Part shown: in pieces, positions 1 through 12,082 of the stretch | How positions within the stretch are numbered: position 1 is the stretch's first letter | How the letters are laid out: the number at the start of each line of letters is the position of its first letter | Origin: Macrostomum lignano | Lineage: Eukaryota | NCBI GenBank assembly: GCA_002269645.1 | Contig: NIVC01000481.1 | Location: 124,001 to 188,000, forward strand | Direction: 5' to 3' | Length of the DNA: 64,000 bases | Made by a program: the position numbers and the translations under genes | Notes under the pieces: model-generated | What the model saw: only the letters and a program-made list of their open reading frames with translations | Database searches by the model: none | Told to the model about the DNA's origin: nothing

Positions 1-84
1 TGTTTTACTTTATAAAATTTAAAATACGTATACATTTATTTGCCCAAACGCTTCCCACCAATTCAATTTAGTTTTCTACGTTAC

Positions 85-320
85 CGTTGTTCCTCAGTAT
101 GTAGTTGTGCTGCGCTGCGCTCTAGGGTCAATAATTTCGGTGCATATTGTTGCCTGTAGTTATGCAGCGTAATGAAAATATTTGTTATCTACAAATGTAA
201 ACATTACATTTGACATTGTTTGCTTAAGCATAACTGTAATTTATGTCTTTTATCTGTTCGAGAAACATCCGATTTTACAAGCACAAATTGCGGCGGATGA
301 TGTAAGTGTTCGTCATCTAT
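85..320 (-). CDS. Two candidate internal exons (320..208, 153..85) of an unidentified gene running off the window start
   Basis: AG/GT-bounded segments joined by a 54-nt intron keep one open frame: IDDEHLHHPPQFVLVKSDVSRTDKRHKLQLCLSKQCQM-QQYAPKLLTLERSAAQLHTEEQ. No family recognised. Confidence 0.3.
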
Positions 321-2043
321 CTTGTATGAATTAAAAAATATGTAACTCTGTAATATTTAGTTTTCTAATTTAAATGGAGTTAACTTTATTAAGAAAAAAA
401 TTTACTACCACAAAAATTTCTAACTCAGAGTCAGTCTGCTAACCTTAAGCTTGTATATAGATTAGGCCTATAGCTTTAAAACATACATAATATTTTTAAT
501 TTTAGTTAGGCCATGGCCAGTCCAGGAAAATCGAAATGATATATAAGTCCAATTGCCATTCTTTTTAATTAACTTTTCTAGTAGCTTTAATTTTGTAACT
601 AATTTTTTAACAAAAAATGTATTAGGCCCTACAATCATTTCCTATGATTATGCGTAGGCCAGGGAAAAACTAGAACTTATCACAATATACTAAATCTCTA
701 AGGTTTGTCTGTCCTTAAATCCTACAGAGTAAGCCTACTTTAAGTTTTAAAAGGTATTTTTTAAAATTTTTTATAATTCATATTTATAATAACATGATTG
801 TCATAAATAAAAAACTACTATACAAATATAAAAAACAGGAAATTTTTGTTATATATTATGTGTAATATAAACTATATTCCATACCTAGCTCACAATATAT
901 ATTATATTAGAAAATTCTGGTGCACATAACTTCATAAGCAAAAAATATACAAAAAGCGGTATACATACCACACCCAAGAAGGTTACATGTAAGCTGGAAT
1001 TTTCCAGTGTACCATTGAAAAGTTTGGCTATTTTGGCGTACCACTTTGGCGTACCACTTTGAGCTTGAGAAATTTTTGGCATACTAATTTTGGTGAATAT
1101 ATTCAATTATTCATGCCATATATAAAAATTGTAATATAAATTAACCCTTTTTAGTTTTTACATAAAATGAAGGAAAATTTGTATAGTCTAGAAAATCAGT
1201 AATAAACTTTTTGCTTTTTAAAAATTAACAATGAATAAAACTTGTGTAAATTATTGCTAAGAATGTAAATTTTGTATTCTTTTTTGTAGGTTAAATTTAA
1301 GTTTGTTTAAGATGAAAATATTTGTAATTTGAAAAAATTTTTTGTACAAAAGCCTTTCTTAGAAAACTCTACTCGTGAAAACTGAATGACCTTTTTAGGA
1401 GGAATTTTTGGTGTACATTTTAGGGAATTTTTTGTTTTTAGCATACACTGGTGTACATTTAGCTGAGATAAGATTCTTGTTCTGGCGTATACTACATGAT
1501 CCAAACCGTGGTTTACATGGCATATAATATATCAAAATCCCAGTATAAGACCAAGACTGCCACACACCAAGACTGCCACACTTGGAGGAGCTAAGGAGAG
1601 GAATTAGACTCAATGTATTATTGGATAATGGTATGGACTAAGAAAAGATAAAAAAGAAAGTAGGAAAAACTAGCAAAACAAGGCTATCACTATGAGCTAT
1701 AGATAAAAAGATGGCCTTTTTCATAAAAAAAATTTGCACTAAAAACGGTTGGACATATGCTGCACTAGCATATTCTGGCATAAGGGAGAAAAATCTAGTG
1801 TAGTACAGCGTAAGACAAAAAATAATTAGCACAATTTGGTAGTGTGACAGGCCTTTTGGCTCTGTCTTTCTAAACTTCTAACTATTAGTGTTTATTAAAT
1901 ATCCTACGAGCTGCCACCAAAGTTGTTACAGGCCTTTCACCTCTTACTTTATCAATTTTAATCCCACCGATTTGCCAACTACAGTTATCCTGATTATACT
2001 TGCTTTTACTCCCTAACTATTTCTTAGAATTTCATTTAAATAT

Positions 2044-2160
2044 TTCTGGGTAGCGTTCTTAGTAGCGTTTCTGGTAGCGTTCTTAGTAGCGTTTCTGGTA
2101 GCTTATGGCTTGCTTTCTGGTAGCGTTCTAGTAGCTTATGGCCTGAGCGGTCTAGTACTG
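2044..2160. repeat. Short tandem repeat with GTAGCGTT(T)CT core
   Basis: Visible repetition of GTAGCGTTTCTG/GTAGCGTTCTTA. Confidence 0.7.
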
Positions 2161-2671
2161 GTATATGTATTAGTGTATAGTCCTAATCGGGCGTTCACCG
2201 AGACTAGAGGGTCACGGCGCCTCTCTTAGTATATCTCCAGGAATTAGTCCCAATTCCCTTCTCTTAGCAAATTTCTTAGAATCGTTTCACAGGTTTTGCA
2301 AATGAAGAAGTCGCTATTTAGCTCAAAGACTTTGAAATGGTTTAGATTGAACTGCTTATTCTGTTCGCAATTATTTGCTCACGGGTAAAAGACAGTTAGA
2401 GTATATTTGTCGCGAAACCGCTCCTATATATAGTGATTTTCCCCACATACGATTAAAACAAAAAATAATTCTCCAATTTATTTCGCGCATTAAAACAAAC
2501 TATTATTTGGCGTTCGCGTAGATTCAGTTTCTAAGAAAGATTCGAATATACAGTTATTACATTGAAAGAACATTCGAGTATACTATGATAAAGGCATAGC
2601 ACTAGTACAGTAGAATACTAAAACTTTGTACATAACAATATTTTCTTTAATAGAAAATTGGCATGTAAATT

Positions 2672-3456
2672 GGCTCATCCATATAAGCATGGTCGTAACA
2701 TGACAGGTTATTTTTACTTATAAAATGAAATCTAATAATAGAATATACTAAACCAATATTTTAAATGAAAGATTATTTTGTCTAGAATATATTTATAGAG
2801 TTTCATATAGATATCATCATTAGTATAGATGCTATTAAACCTTAAATGACACTTATGGTCGTAATGACAGGATTTTTGACATATAGAAACTAAAAGGTAA
2901 AAGTCTTATAACATTTTTCATTTTTGATATTTTGCAATACATTTTTAAAATTTGACTAAGAACATCTTTAGAAATCATACTCTTTTATTAGAATATATAA
3001 ACTCAAAAGGCAACAAAGATACAAAAGAAAAGGCAGCCTTATGGTCGTAACATTATGGTCGTAACATATTTTTTTCTGTCAATTCAGTAACTTTGAGGTA
3101 CTAATACATTAAAAATATAATAGATTATTTGGTCACCAATGCTTTTATCTGATGATGCAAGTACTATACTTTTATCTATAGTTTGTTTCAACCTTCAAAA
3201 GCTTTCTATTTGTTTTTAAAAGGTACACAAACTTAATGATGTCTTTTGCTTAGAAAAATGTCTAAATTTTTACAAAAATGACTTTTTGCCAATTGATAAC
3301 ATACTAATCCAACATTTTACCATTCCTTTATTCTTAGATTGTATATATTGCACAATATAAACATTTGGTAAAAAAATAGGCTAACTAGGCAATGGCAAGC
3401 AAAAATATTGACTTTTTTCTATTTTCCAAATATGTCTATCTTATATGGAATGAGCC
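2672..3456. mobile_element. Non-autonomous DNA transposon (MITE), about 785 bp
   Basis: TIRs GGCTCATCCATATAAG (2672) and CTTATATGGAATGAGCC (ends 3456). AAATT flanks both sides (2667-2671, 3457-3461). Internal ATGGTCGTAA repeats near 2689, 2856, 3041 and 3056. Confidence 0.7.
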
Positions 3457-4108
3457 AAATTCTTTTTATTAGCACTTATTGTTTTCTAATATATTGACAA
3501 TTTTTTAATTAATATATGTTAATATTGTATTTTCCATGAAACAGATTCAAATATAAGTTTTGTTAGTATTTTTAAAACAGCATTTTTTTCCAAAAAGTTG
3601 CAGTACATAGCACAAGAAAACTTTTTTTGATAAGATTTGTTCTAGCACAAAGTGCAATAAAACTTTTTTGATAATATTAATTTTGGCATAAGCATGCCAT
3701 GATCCTGATTATTGGCTATAAGAAAAAGAATTATACCCGTAAGCCCTCCTCCTTCTCAATTCCAATAGCCAATAAGAACTGTGATAGTCTTGGTATGTGG
3801 TTATCTTGGTCATGCACTAAAATTTTAAATGCATAATAGTACATATCAAAAGCTGATAAAATAAATTAGTTTGTAATGTGTCATTTAAAATATATAATAT
3901 AGGGCTTAATCTATATATGCAATGTATAAAATGCTTTTAAATATTTTTGTAAGTGTGGTAATTAATCACAGATTAATTAGTGTGTGGTAAGTAATTAAAT
4001 AATTGTGCTTTTGGTATACACATTTAATAATAATATTTTGGTATTTGACATGTATTAAAAATTAAAATATGACATCAATAACACTAACAGTCATAATAGT
4101 TCTTCATA

Positions 4109-4330
4109 TACGAGGGGTGTCCCAAAAGTTCCCAGAATGTCTAACGTAGCTCTTCAACAGAGCCATGAAATTTCATGCCCATGGTGTCAAATGAAAAGAA
4201 ATTTTGTCACAAAGAATACAAAGTTAAAATCATGTTGATATCTTTTTTTATTCAAGAGCTATAGCAAGAAACGTGCGCAAAGGTCAGGGGTAGTGTTACG
4301 CAACCTCAACAATCTATGGAGTTTTTCATT
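4109..4330 (+). mobile_element. Truncated mariner-like element end
   Basis: TA followed by CGAGGGGTGTCCCAAAAGT, a typical Tc1/mariner TIR start. Partner TIR not found; right boundary approximate. Confidence 0.45.
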
Positions 4331-4908
4331 TTGAATTCATTCACAGCAGACTGGCCATTTTTTTGATAGAAACAATTATTATTTGTTTTACTTTTGTTTT
4401 CCTCATAAGTATTGTTATTGTTTCCTATTTTTGTTTCTTATTATTTTAAAAAAGCTTCTTTATGCAACTTAATACTATTTTTGATCTAGCTCTCTGTTAT
4501 ACATTGTTGTACACTAGGTCCATTTTAAATTGCCTTCTGTTATGCAAAAATATCCATCAGCACTACAGACATTTTATAAAATTCTTGTTTAATAAATAGA
4601 CTTAAAAAATTGATATAATTCTTACTGTTTTACTTTTTCAACAATTTATCTTTTTGCTCCTAGTCAAGAAATAACTTATGTGCTAAATTATGTCTACTAC
4701 AAAAAAAATCATGTCCTCTAGTTATGGCAAAAAATGGCAAAATGTTATTTGGTCTGCCTATGAATTTTAAGCTAAGACTGAGCTTTTAGGCAATCTTGTA
4801 ATAGTTTTGGCTATTATAGAAATATTATATTTATTATATTCTTAATGCAGTTGATAAAAGATAAAAAGCTAAAAAGGTTAGAATAGGCTTAATAAGTTAT
4901 TGGTTAAA

Positions 4909-7900
4909 ATGACCAGAGTACCTAATGTAGAAAATGTTAAAAAATTAAGGTAAAGTTTTATAGCTATTTTTACTAGAGTTCTACTTTTACTTTTCACAGT
5001 AAGTGGAATTCTATCCACTGGACATGGATACTTTAATGAAAAATAATTGAATTGAAATAAATTCCTGTCTTTATAATCTTATCCTAGTTGGAGTCCTAGG
5101 TACCTAGACTAAGCAATGATTAGGTAAATGATACTAGATAACATGGTATTCTTTTCTTCACTGAAATCATTTATTATAATAGCATTAATGTTCATGACTT
5201 TGTTTTAATTTGTTAAGGACTGATTAATAAAAATGTAAAAAAATCTAATAAGCATTTTGATTCAATGTAGAGTTTTTAGTCTATCTAACAAAATCTATTT
5301 TTTCTTTTTGCAGTTCCAAGAAGACAATATTTATTCTTCTGTGCCTTTCAATTTTACCTTTGTATCTACTTTACAATGGCAATCCATTTGCTGAAAAGGA
5401 AATTATTATCAAAACAAGTAAGTGTCTATTTAATTTGTCTTTTATGCACTCTGCGACTGGAGTTATAAAAACTAAAATTGTATTTAAATATTTTCAATCT
5501 ATAGAGCGACTGGATGACTGTCTCAATAGCATATCAAAAAGTCAGTTGTCACTGATTGACAGTTCTGATGCTCTCTCTTACTATGTGAGCTATCGCGAGC
5601 CCAATGTGGAATTCTATCCCTACATTGGCAATGGATATTTTGCCACATCGAATATTGGAAATCAGCGATTGTACATACGAGATAAACTGCTGCTTCAAGT
5701 ACCGGTGCCATTTGATGTGCTATTCGACTTTAGTTTAACTGGATTCTCGTCTTTGGGTATGTTAAATTACCTCTGTTCCAATTTCTCTTTAGAAATTAAA
5801 CTCAGTATTGTCTATTCTACATTTTAATTATTAAATAAAAATTTTCCAGAGCGTGTGCTACTTGATTTGCCAAATGGAGAGCTGCACAAGATTGGTTGCT
5901 ACAAGCAGGTAAGCTGAAGTTTTTTACTATAACTAAATATTATCCTTTTTAGCTTGCCCCATTAGCTTAGCTTTCAGCTTGATTTTAGTTTAATGTGTTG
6001 GCAGTGCTTACATATATTTAATATGTCTTCAAATGTTTATCCTTGTGTCTATTTTAAATGCCTTTCCGCTTGTAGTTTGTAATGAATGATTTCAATGATT
6101 TATTACCCAAGAAGGTAAACTTCGGTAAACTATTCATGCTTCGCTAGCTGATTTAATGTTCTATGTATATTTTGCGTATAAGGGAAATGTAAGGTCTTTC
6201 TTGCATTTGGTACAGTATTATATCATTTTATTAATTAGCTCATTATTATTCTTATTATTTTTTTGTGGCCTTTTGGTCTTTTCCATTTGTTAAATGCTAA
6301 GGGAATAATGCTAGAACTAAAGTTACCACGGATGCGTTCGAATTACTTTAATTCTATTATTTTTTAGTAGAGGGTTTAATTTAACCCACCCCCCCCCCCC
6401 GGAGATAAGTGTTCTTTTCGCTATAGCGTACAAAACTGAGCGTGCTATTATGTTTAATTGTTTTATTATAATTAGCATGCAATAATAATATGTCTAGTTA
6501 ATTACTGTGTACCCTTGTTCAATTGCAGCATTCGATGTGCGTATCGATTCACTATAGTGCCTATGCGCATCGCTCTATACCATATCTGCTGGTTCAAGAG
6601 ATCAAGGCGTCCAATCCTACTGTAAGTAGTTGATTTCAACCTTGAAATTTATTTTAAAATTTCTTGTCCGCGAATGTTTTCAAATGAATTTTTAGGCTTT
6701 GTTATATTAAAAAGGGGTTGTAGCCTAGTGGTTAGAGCGTCCGACTCACGACTGAAAGGTCGGGGGTTCGAATCTTCACCCAGTCGGAACAATTTGTGTC
6801 ATTGCGAGCAAGACACTTAACTCTGCATTGCTTCAGTTCACCCAGCTGTAAAATGGGTGGCAGCATTAGCTGGGGTAATTGAGGGTGTGTGGCGACCCCC
6901 CTCCCCAGTCCTTGGACTGAACAGCCGTACGCAGCATTCAGATGCGCCGTGCAATAGCTGCGGCTGAGCTGTTGGTTGCACATCTGGCCATCAGGGCAGG
7001 TGTAATCAGTTATAATTATAATTATTACTATTATGTTCAGTTTTCGATGTAAAATTTCTAGCTTATGAAGTCCCTTGCTAGAGGTTTTGACGTTAGGAAA
7101 TTTCGAAGAAATTTGAAAGCACCCCCATGTGTTCCATAATTTTCTAATAATCCTCAGACCAACCCAGTTAATGTGCAGCTATCAAAGAAGCCCATGCCAA
7201 GCCTGCCAACCGGATCAGTTACTGGTAAAGCCACAATGCGTCTATCCGATGGTACCCAGCTTGAATACAGCCTAGCAACTATTACTGTTCGGCTTGGCAA
7301 CAATCGTATTGTCATTCTAACTGTTGCTGAGCCGAATGCGCCAGAGTATATGCCGGTTCGGCCTGGCGCTAGCGCTACTCTAACTCTGCGCACAGTTGTT
7401 CGTTACAGCGATCCGTTCGCCTCTATTCCGGACGAGCAACAATTGCGAGCGTTTCACGCTAAATCCAGGCTGGATTTGCAGACCCTGCTAATTGGCTTGG
7501 GTAGCGGCGCCGATTCTGCCAGCCTGCGCGCTAAGCATTACTCGGCATGGCGCAACGTCTGGCAGCGCGGATTCTCCATTGCTAAGTCTTTGGCGCCTGG
7601 CGCGCTTAATGGCGAATCGTTCAATTGTACGCTCTATTATCTGATGAGCAATCGGCCTATTGAACCGCCTACACAGCCTGCGATCAATTGGACTGGCCTA
7701 GTGCTGTCAGATAGTCTGCATCAGTACGACCGCTGCTACGCAGGCAACGATCTGTTTCAGGTTTGTTTTGTTAAATGTTGATTTCCGTATAGAAAAACAT
7801 TTTTACTAGAATTTATGCTAGGAGTAAACATTAGTCATAGGGATACAACTATTTATTGTTCATGTATTGTCTACTGAGCCTCCATACCAAATACTATAGT

Positions 7901-9295
7901 CTATAAAAATTTGAAGTGCGATAAAAATCATTGAAATCTGAGATTTAAACAGAGGAAGTAAGATCTAAGACTGGGAGGTGAGATCTAAGACTGATCTAAG
8001 ACTATCGGATATCGGATCTAAGACTGAGAAATGGGATCTAAGACTGAGAGGTGGGATCTAAGACAGAGAGGTAGGATCTAAGACTGAGAGGTGAGAGGTG
8101 AGATCTAAGACTGAAGAGATATGATCTAAGGCTGAGAAGTGAGAGGTGAGATCTAAGACTGAAGAGATAGGATCTAAGGCTGAGAAGTGAGAGGTGAGAG
8201 ATGAGAGGTGAGATCTAAGACTGAAGAGATAGGATCTAAGGCTGAGAGGTGAGAGGTGAGATCTAAGACTGAAGAGATAGGATCTAAGGCTGAGAGGTGA
8301 GATCTAAGACTGAAGAGATAGGATCTAAGGCTGAGAAGTGAGAGGTGAGATCTAAGACTGAAGAGATAGGATCTAAGGCTGATAGTGTAGGGATCTAAAA
8401 CTAAGAAATGTGATGTCTAAAGAGATCTAACAGGGAGGCCATATTTTTTACGAGAGGTAAGGATTTAAGAGAGACGTCTTGATCTAGAAGTACGAGATGC
8501 TGTCTAAATGATAAGCGTAGGTCTAAAACAGTTAATTCAAAAGTGCAACAGTAAAAAATGTGCTCTAATCTTGAAATCGATTTCTATTAATTTGCCCGCT
8601 AGGTCCCCAACCTGTGGCGCCGTCCCCAGTCTGCGTCTGATCTGATCGGCCTAGTGGATCAATGGTTTGTAACTCTGGTGAAATTCGGCTGCTCTCACCT
8701 GGTGCAAGCTGGCGCCATCGGCCTATCCCAGGCCGCCCTGCTAGCCATTGGCGAGTTCAGCTTCTCCGGTCGGCATCTAGAATTCAATTTGCACCCGTCG
8801 CAGCTGGTTAGAGACATGACCTTTCGTAACATAGCCTACGGACCTTCCGCAAACGTGAACGTCACAGTTGAAGTTGACGACTCGAACAAGGCGCTGCTGT
8901 TTGTCAGCGTGCTTGGCAACCAGAAGCCATTCTACGCTTGCAGCGCCGCCTGCGACGAGAGCTCGCCAATTCAACTAGGTGCCCAGCGTGTTCAACTGCC
9001 TCTGCGTATAACTAAACCGCGCACCGCTCTGCTGTACATCACGCCAGATATTGATCATATCAAACAGTTAAAGCGCGCTATTCACGTTCTTGAAGTTTGG
9101 GACGCGCCGGCTCACGAGCATCACGTGATCGCTTTGCACAAGCACGGCCATCCGTACGGTGGGCTGCCAGTTATATTCTGGATTGGATTAATCTTGCTAT
9201 TGTTAGTGTTTCACCTGTTCCTGTTTAAATTGGTCTATTCTGAGCTATGCAAAGGCGAGCCTGTTATTCAACCTTATACTAAGTACTATACTTGA
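4909..9295 (+). CDS. KIAA2013: KIAA2013-like (DUF2152-type) membrane protein, 614 aa
   Basis: Exons 4909-4949 (least certain), 5314-5417, 5505-5756, 5850-5908, 6529-6621, 7158-7760, 8603-9295. All introns GT-AG with consistent phase; 1845 nt total. N-terminal hydrophobic segment, PYIGNG, AHRSIPYLLVQEI, HEHHVIALHKHG and C-terminal FHLFLFKLVYSE match the KIAA2013 family from memory. Confidence 0.85.
6714..7035 (+). mobile_element. tRNA-derived SINE with CORE-like central domain, in KIAA2013 intron 5
   Basis: A box TAGCCTAGTGG (6721), B box GGTTCGAATC (6765), then GAGCAAGACACTTAACTC...CAGCTGTAAAATGGGT resembling the MIR/CORE consensus, ending in a TTATAA/TTA-rich tail. Confidence 0.75.
7960..8410. 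repeat. Intronic minisatellite with GATCTAAGACTGA core (about 20 bp, variable)
   Basis: Visible tandem units in KIAA2013 intron 6. Confidence 0.9.
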
Positions 9296-10011
9296 AGATT
9301 GTTAATGTCTGTTTATTTTTCATTCTTCAGAGTCACAGTTTTTTTTCGCTTGTTTTAGGCTGTGTTGTAGATCTATTTATATTAAAATTGAGTCAAATTG
9401 ACATTTCCCCACATCTTCAAGTCTCATTTCTGTATCTCTACTACTTAATAACTAGGCCTTACAAACTACATATAACTTAGCAAAAGCATGCGCTTATTAA
9501 GTTATAAGAGAAGTTAACTATAGTTTGCATTTTTCAATGTGGATGTTCATTGTTCAAGCCGTGTATGTATACATGTATATTGGTATTTTTATTCTGTCGG
9601 TGTTTTGCTAGTTACATATATTGTTTGTCAGTTAAAATATCTATTTAATAAGCATCTGTATTTTCTTTGTACATATACCTTCGATTCTTTGTTTATTGTG
9701 CCTCAGACGTGTCTGTAGAAAACCATCTCATGCCAAATGTATGCTTCTACTGTTTGTGTATTAAACTCTCAAATCTTTCTCAGATTAAATTTTAGTTCAC
9801 TATGTGCTTCTGATAAAGTTGATGGCTAATTTAAGGGACTTTCAGATAATTTATTAATTAAATACAAATTGATGATTGCGATTTGATGAAGCTTAAAGAT
9901 TCGTCTGGTAGGCAGTTGTAATTTTGTGTTTTTTAATGCGACTTGCCACCCTTATGATAGCTTGTGTCGCAATTTATAGGCAACTTTTTGATAGTAATGT
10001 TAATAGTATGT

Positions 10012-10158
10012 TCGGTTGTAGTAGTAGTAGCATTAGTGGTAGTAATAGTAGTTATAATAGTAGTAGCTGTAGTGGTAGTAGTGGTGATAGTAGTATTGGT
10101 GGTTGTAGCAGTAGTAGTAGTGATGGCAGTATTAGTAGTGGTAGTTGTGGTAGTAGTT
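10012..10158. repeat. Degenerate (GTA/GTG)n trinucleotide microsatellite
   Basis: Direct inspection; explains the Val- and Ser-rich ORFs at 9924-10172. Confidence 0.85.
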
Positions 10159-10289
10159 TGATGGTGCCGTAAGTTTACCGTGTTTCAATTGTATAATAGT
10201 TATCGTATTTCTTAGCTAGAAGCGACAAAATCGATATATTATCTATATATATTCAATTATTGCCATAATATAACATCAAGTCATTAAGT

Positions 10290-10345
10290 CGCTATAAAAA
10301 CAAGACTTGAATTTAAAACTAGCTCGTTTCTAATCTCCGTACTTC
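10290..10345 (+). promoter_or_regulatory. Candidate RPL3 core promoter (TATA-like box plus pyrimidine-rich initiator)
   Basis: TATAAAA near 10293, followed about 30 nt later by CTCGTTTCT...CTCCGTACTTCTC; ATG at 10375. Confidence 0.35.
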
Positions 10346-10374
10346 TCGATTCATGCTGTGAGGAGAATAGGAGA

Positions 10375-11747
10375 ATGTCGCACCGAAAGTTCAGCGCGCC
10401 GCGCCACGGCTCTCTAAGCTTCCTGCCCAAGAAGCGTTCGCGCCGCCACCGCGGCAAGGCCAAGTCTTTCCCCAAGGACGACAAGAAGAAGCCGATCCAT
10501 CTGACCGCCTTCCTTGGCTTCAAGGCCGGCATGACCCATATTGTGCGCGATCTGGACCGGCCCGGATCCAAGGCCAACAAGAAGGAGATTGTCGAGCCTG
10601 TCACCGTTATTGAGACTCCGCCGCTTATGATTGTCGGCATTGTTGGCTACATTGAGACTGCCAAAGGTCTGCGCGCCTTCAAGACCGTCTTCGCCGAGCA
10701 CCTGAGCGAAGAGTGCAGGCGCCGCTTCTACAAGAACTGGTTAGTGGTTATTAGCTTTCATTAAAGTCAGCACTATGCTAAAAGGACAGTAGAAATACGC
10801 ACTGTTACTCTTACCGTACCGTAGCTCTAAAGATGACGCAAGCAGCCAGCCACGTACTAACCGCGGTCAGCTTTGCTTAACTTGTTGAATTAATTCATTT
10901 TTCTCCGGTCCTTAACAGGTACAAGAGCAAGAAGAAGGCCTTCACTAAGTACTCCAAGAAGTGGGCGGACCCGGCCGGTCAGAAAGAGATCGACACCGAC
11001 CTGGCCAAGATGAAGAAGTACTGCACCGTCATCCGTGTGCTCGTGCACACCCAGATGAAGCTGCTCAAACGCCGGCAGAAGAAGGCCCACCTGATGGAGA
11101 TTCAGCTCAACGGTGGCACCATCGCTGATAAGATCGAATGGGCCAAGTCTCACCTAGAGAAGGCTGTACCAGTTGGCCAGGTGTTCAGCCAAGACGAAAT
11201 GATTGACATCATCGGCGTCACCAAGGGCCACGGCTACAAGGGCGTCACCAGCCGTTGGCACACCACCAAGCTGCCGCGCAAGACGCACAAGGGCCTGCGC
11301 AAAGTTGCCTGCATCGGCGCCTGGCATCCGTCTCGGGTGGCCTTCTCCGTGGCCAGGGCCGGTCAGAAGGGCTACTTTCATCGCACCGAGATCAACAAGA
11401 AGATCTACCGGATGGGCCAGGCCGTCCACCAGGCCGATGGCAAGCTAGTGCACAACGCCAGCACTGAGTTCGACTTGACCGAGAAAAGCATCACCCCGCT
11501 GGGCGGTTTCCCGCACTACGGCGAGGTCAACCAGGACTTTGTCATGATCAAGGGCTGCTGCATCGGGCCGAAGAAGCGCGTGTTGACCCTGCGCAAGTCG
11601 CTGATGACCCACACTAAGAAGAAGGCTATCGAGCAGATCAACCTGAAGTTCATCGACACCAGCTCCAAGTTCGGTCACGGTCGCTTCCAGACTATTGCCG
11701 AGAAGAAGACGTTTATGGGCCCGCTGAAGAAGGACGCCAAGGAATAA
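10375..11747 (+). CDS. RPL3: 60S ribosomal protein L3 (uL3), 397 aa
   Basis: Exons 10375-10739 and 10919-11747; GT-AG intron in phase 2 within [37 protein letters not shown] and [10 protein letters not shown] motifs. AATAAA near 11867. Confidence 0.98.
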
Positions 11748-12082
11748 GCGCGGCAAATGGACTGAGTTGTGATTAAGCGTCGGAATAACATAACATAAAT
11801 AATTTGTCTGTGCGACTGCGAGTGTCGAGCTGAAGACTCTGTTGGACAACAGAAAAAATGAGAGCAAATAAACCGTTAATCTGTTAACGCTAAAGCTGGA
11901 TTAGGTTTGAACTGAGAGGCTTTAGTAAACCTGTGGATTGAAAATTTTCGAGTTCTGTCCAGTGTTTTACTTTTTATACCCGTTCTTTGTAGTGCATAGT
12001 TTTCTGAGAATAGTCGCGTAAGAAGTGTCGTTAGCAATGACTTAGTAGAAATATGCTTTAGCAACATCTGTCCAATAATCGC

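Larger units (their letters stand above)
1549..3811. mobile_element. Possible decayed DNA transposon defined by imperfect inverted repeats
   Basis: GACCAAGACTGCCACACACCAAGACTGCCAC at 1549 matches the reverse complement of 3781-3811 at 25/31 positions. No target-site duplication (TSD) or transposase seen. Confidence 0.35.

Noticed and set aside
885-1832. Short minus-strand ORFs of 64-73 aa
   Set aside because: AT-rich, no recognisable motif, and no phase-consistent splicing could be built.
5314-5400. Spliced-leader AUG supplying the KIAA2013 start at the 5313 acceptor
   Set aside because: That frame stops after about 26 codons; the coding frame needs a phase-2 upstream exon (candidate 4909-4949).
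6714-6790. Functional tRNA gene
   Set aside because: A and B boxes are present but the acceptor and anticodon stems do not pair, and the sequence continues into a SINE body.
10740-10918. Intronic snoRNA in RPL3
   Set aside because: No convincing C/D box pair with a terminal stem, and no hairpin-H-hairpin-ACA layout.
10284-11867. Antisense and alternate-frame ORFs over RPL3, and similar ones over UFD1 and the ACE exons
   Set aside because: Shadow ORFs of GC-rich, codon-biased exons.
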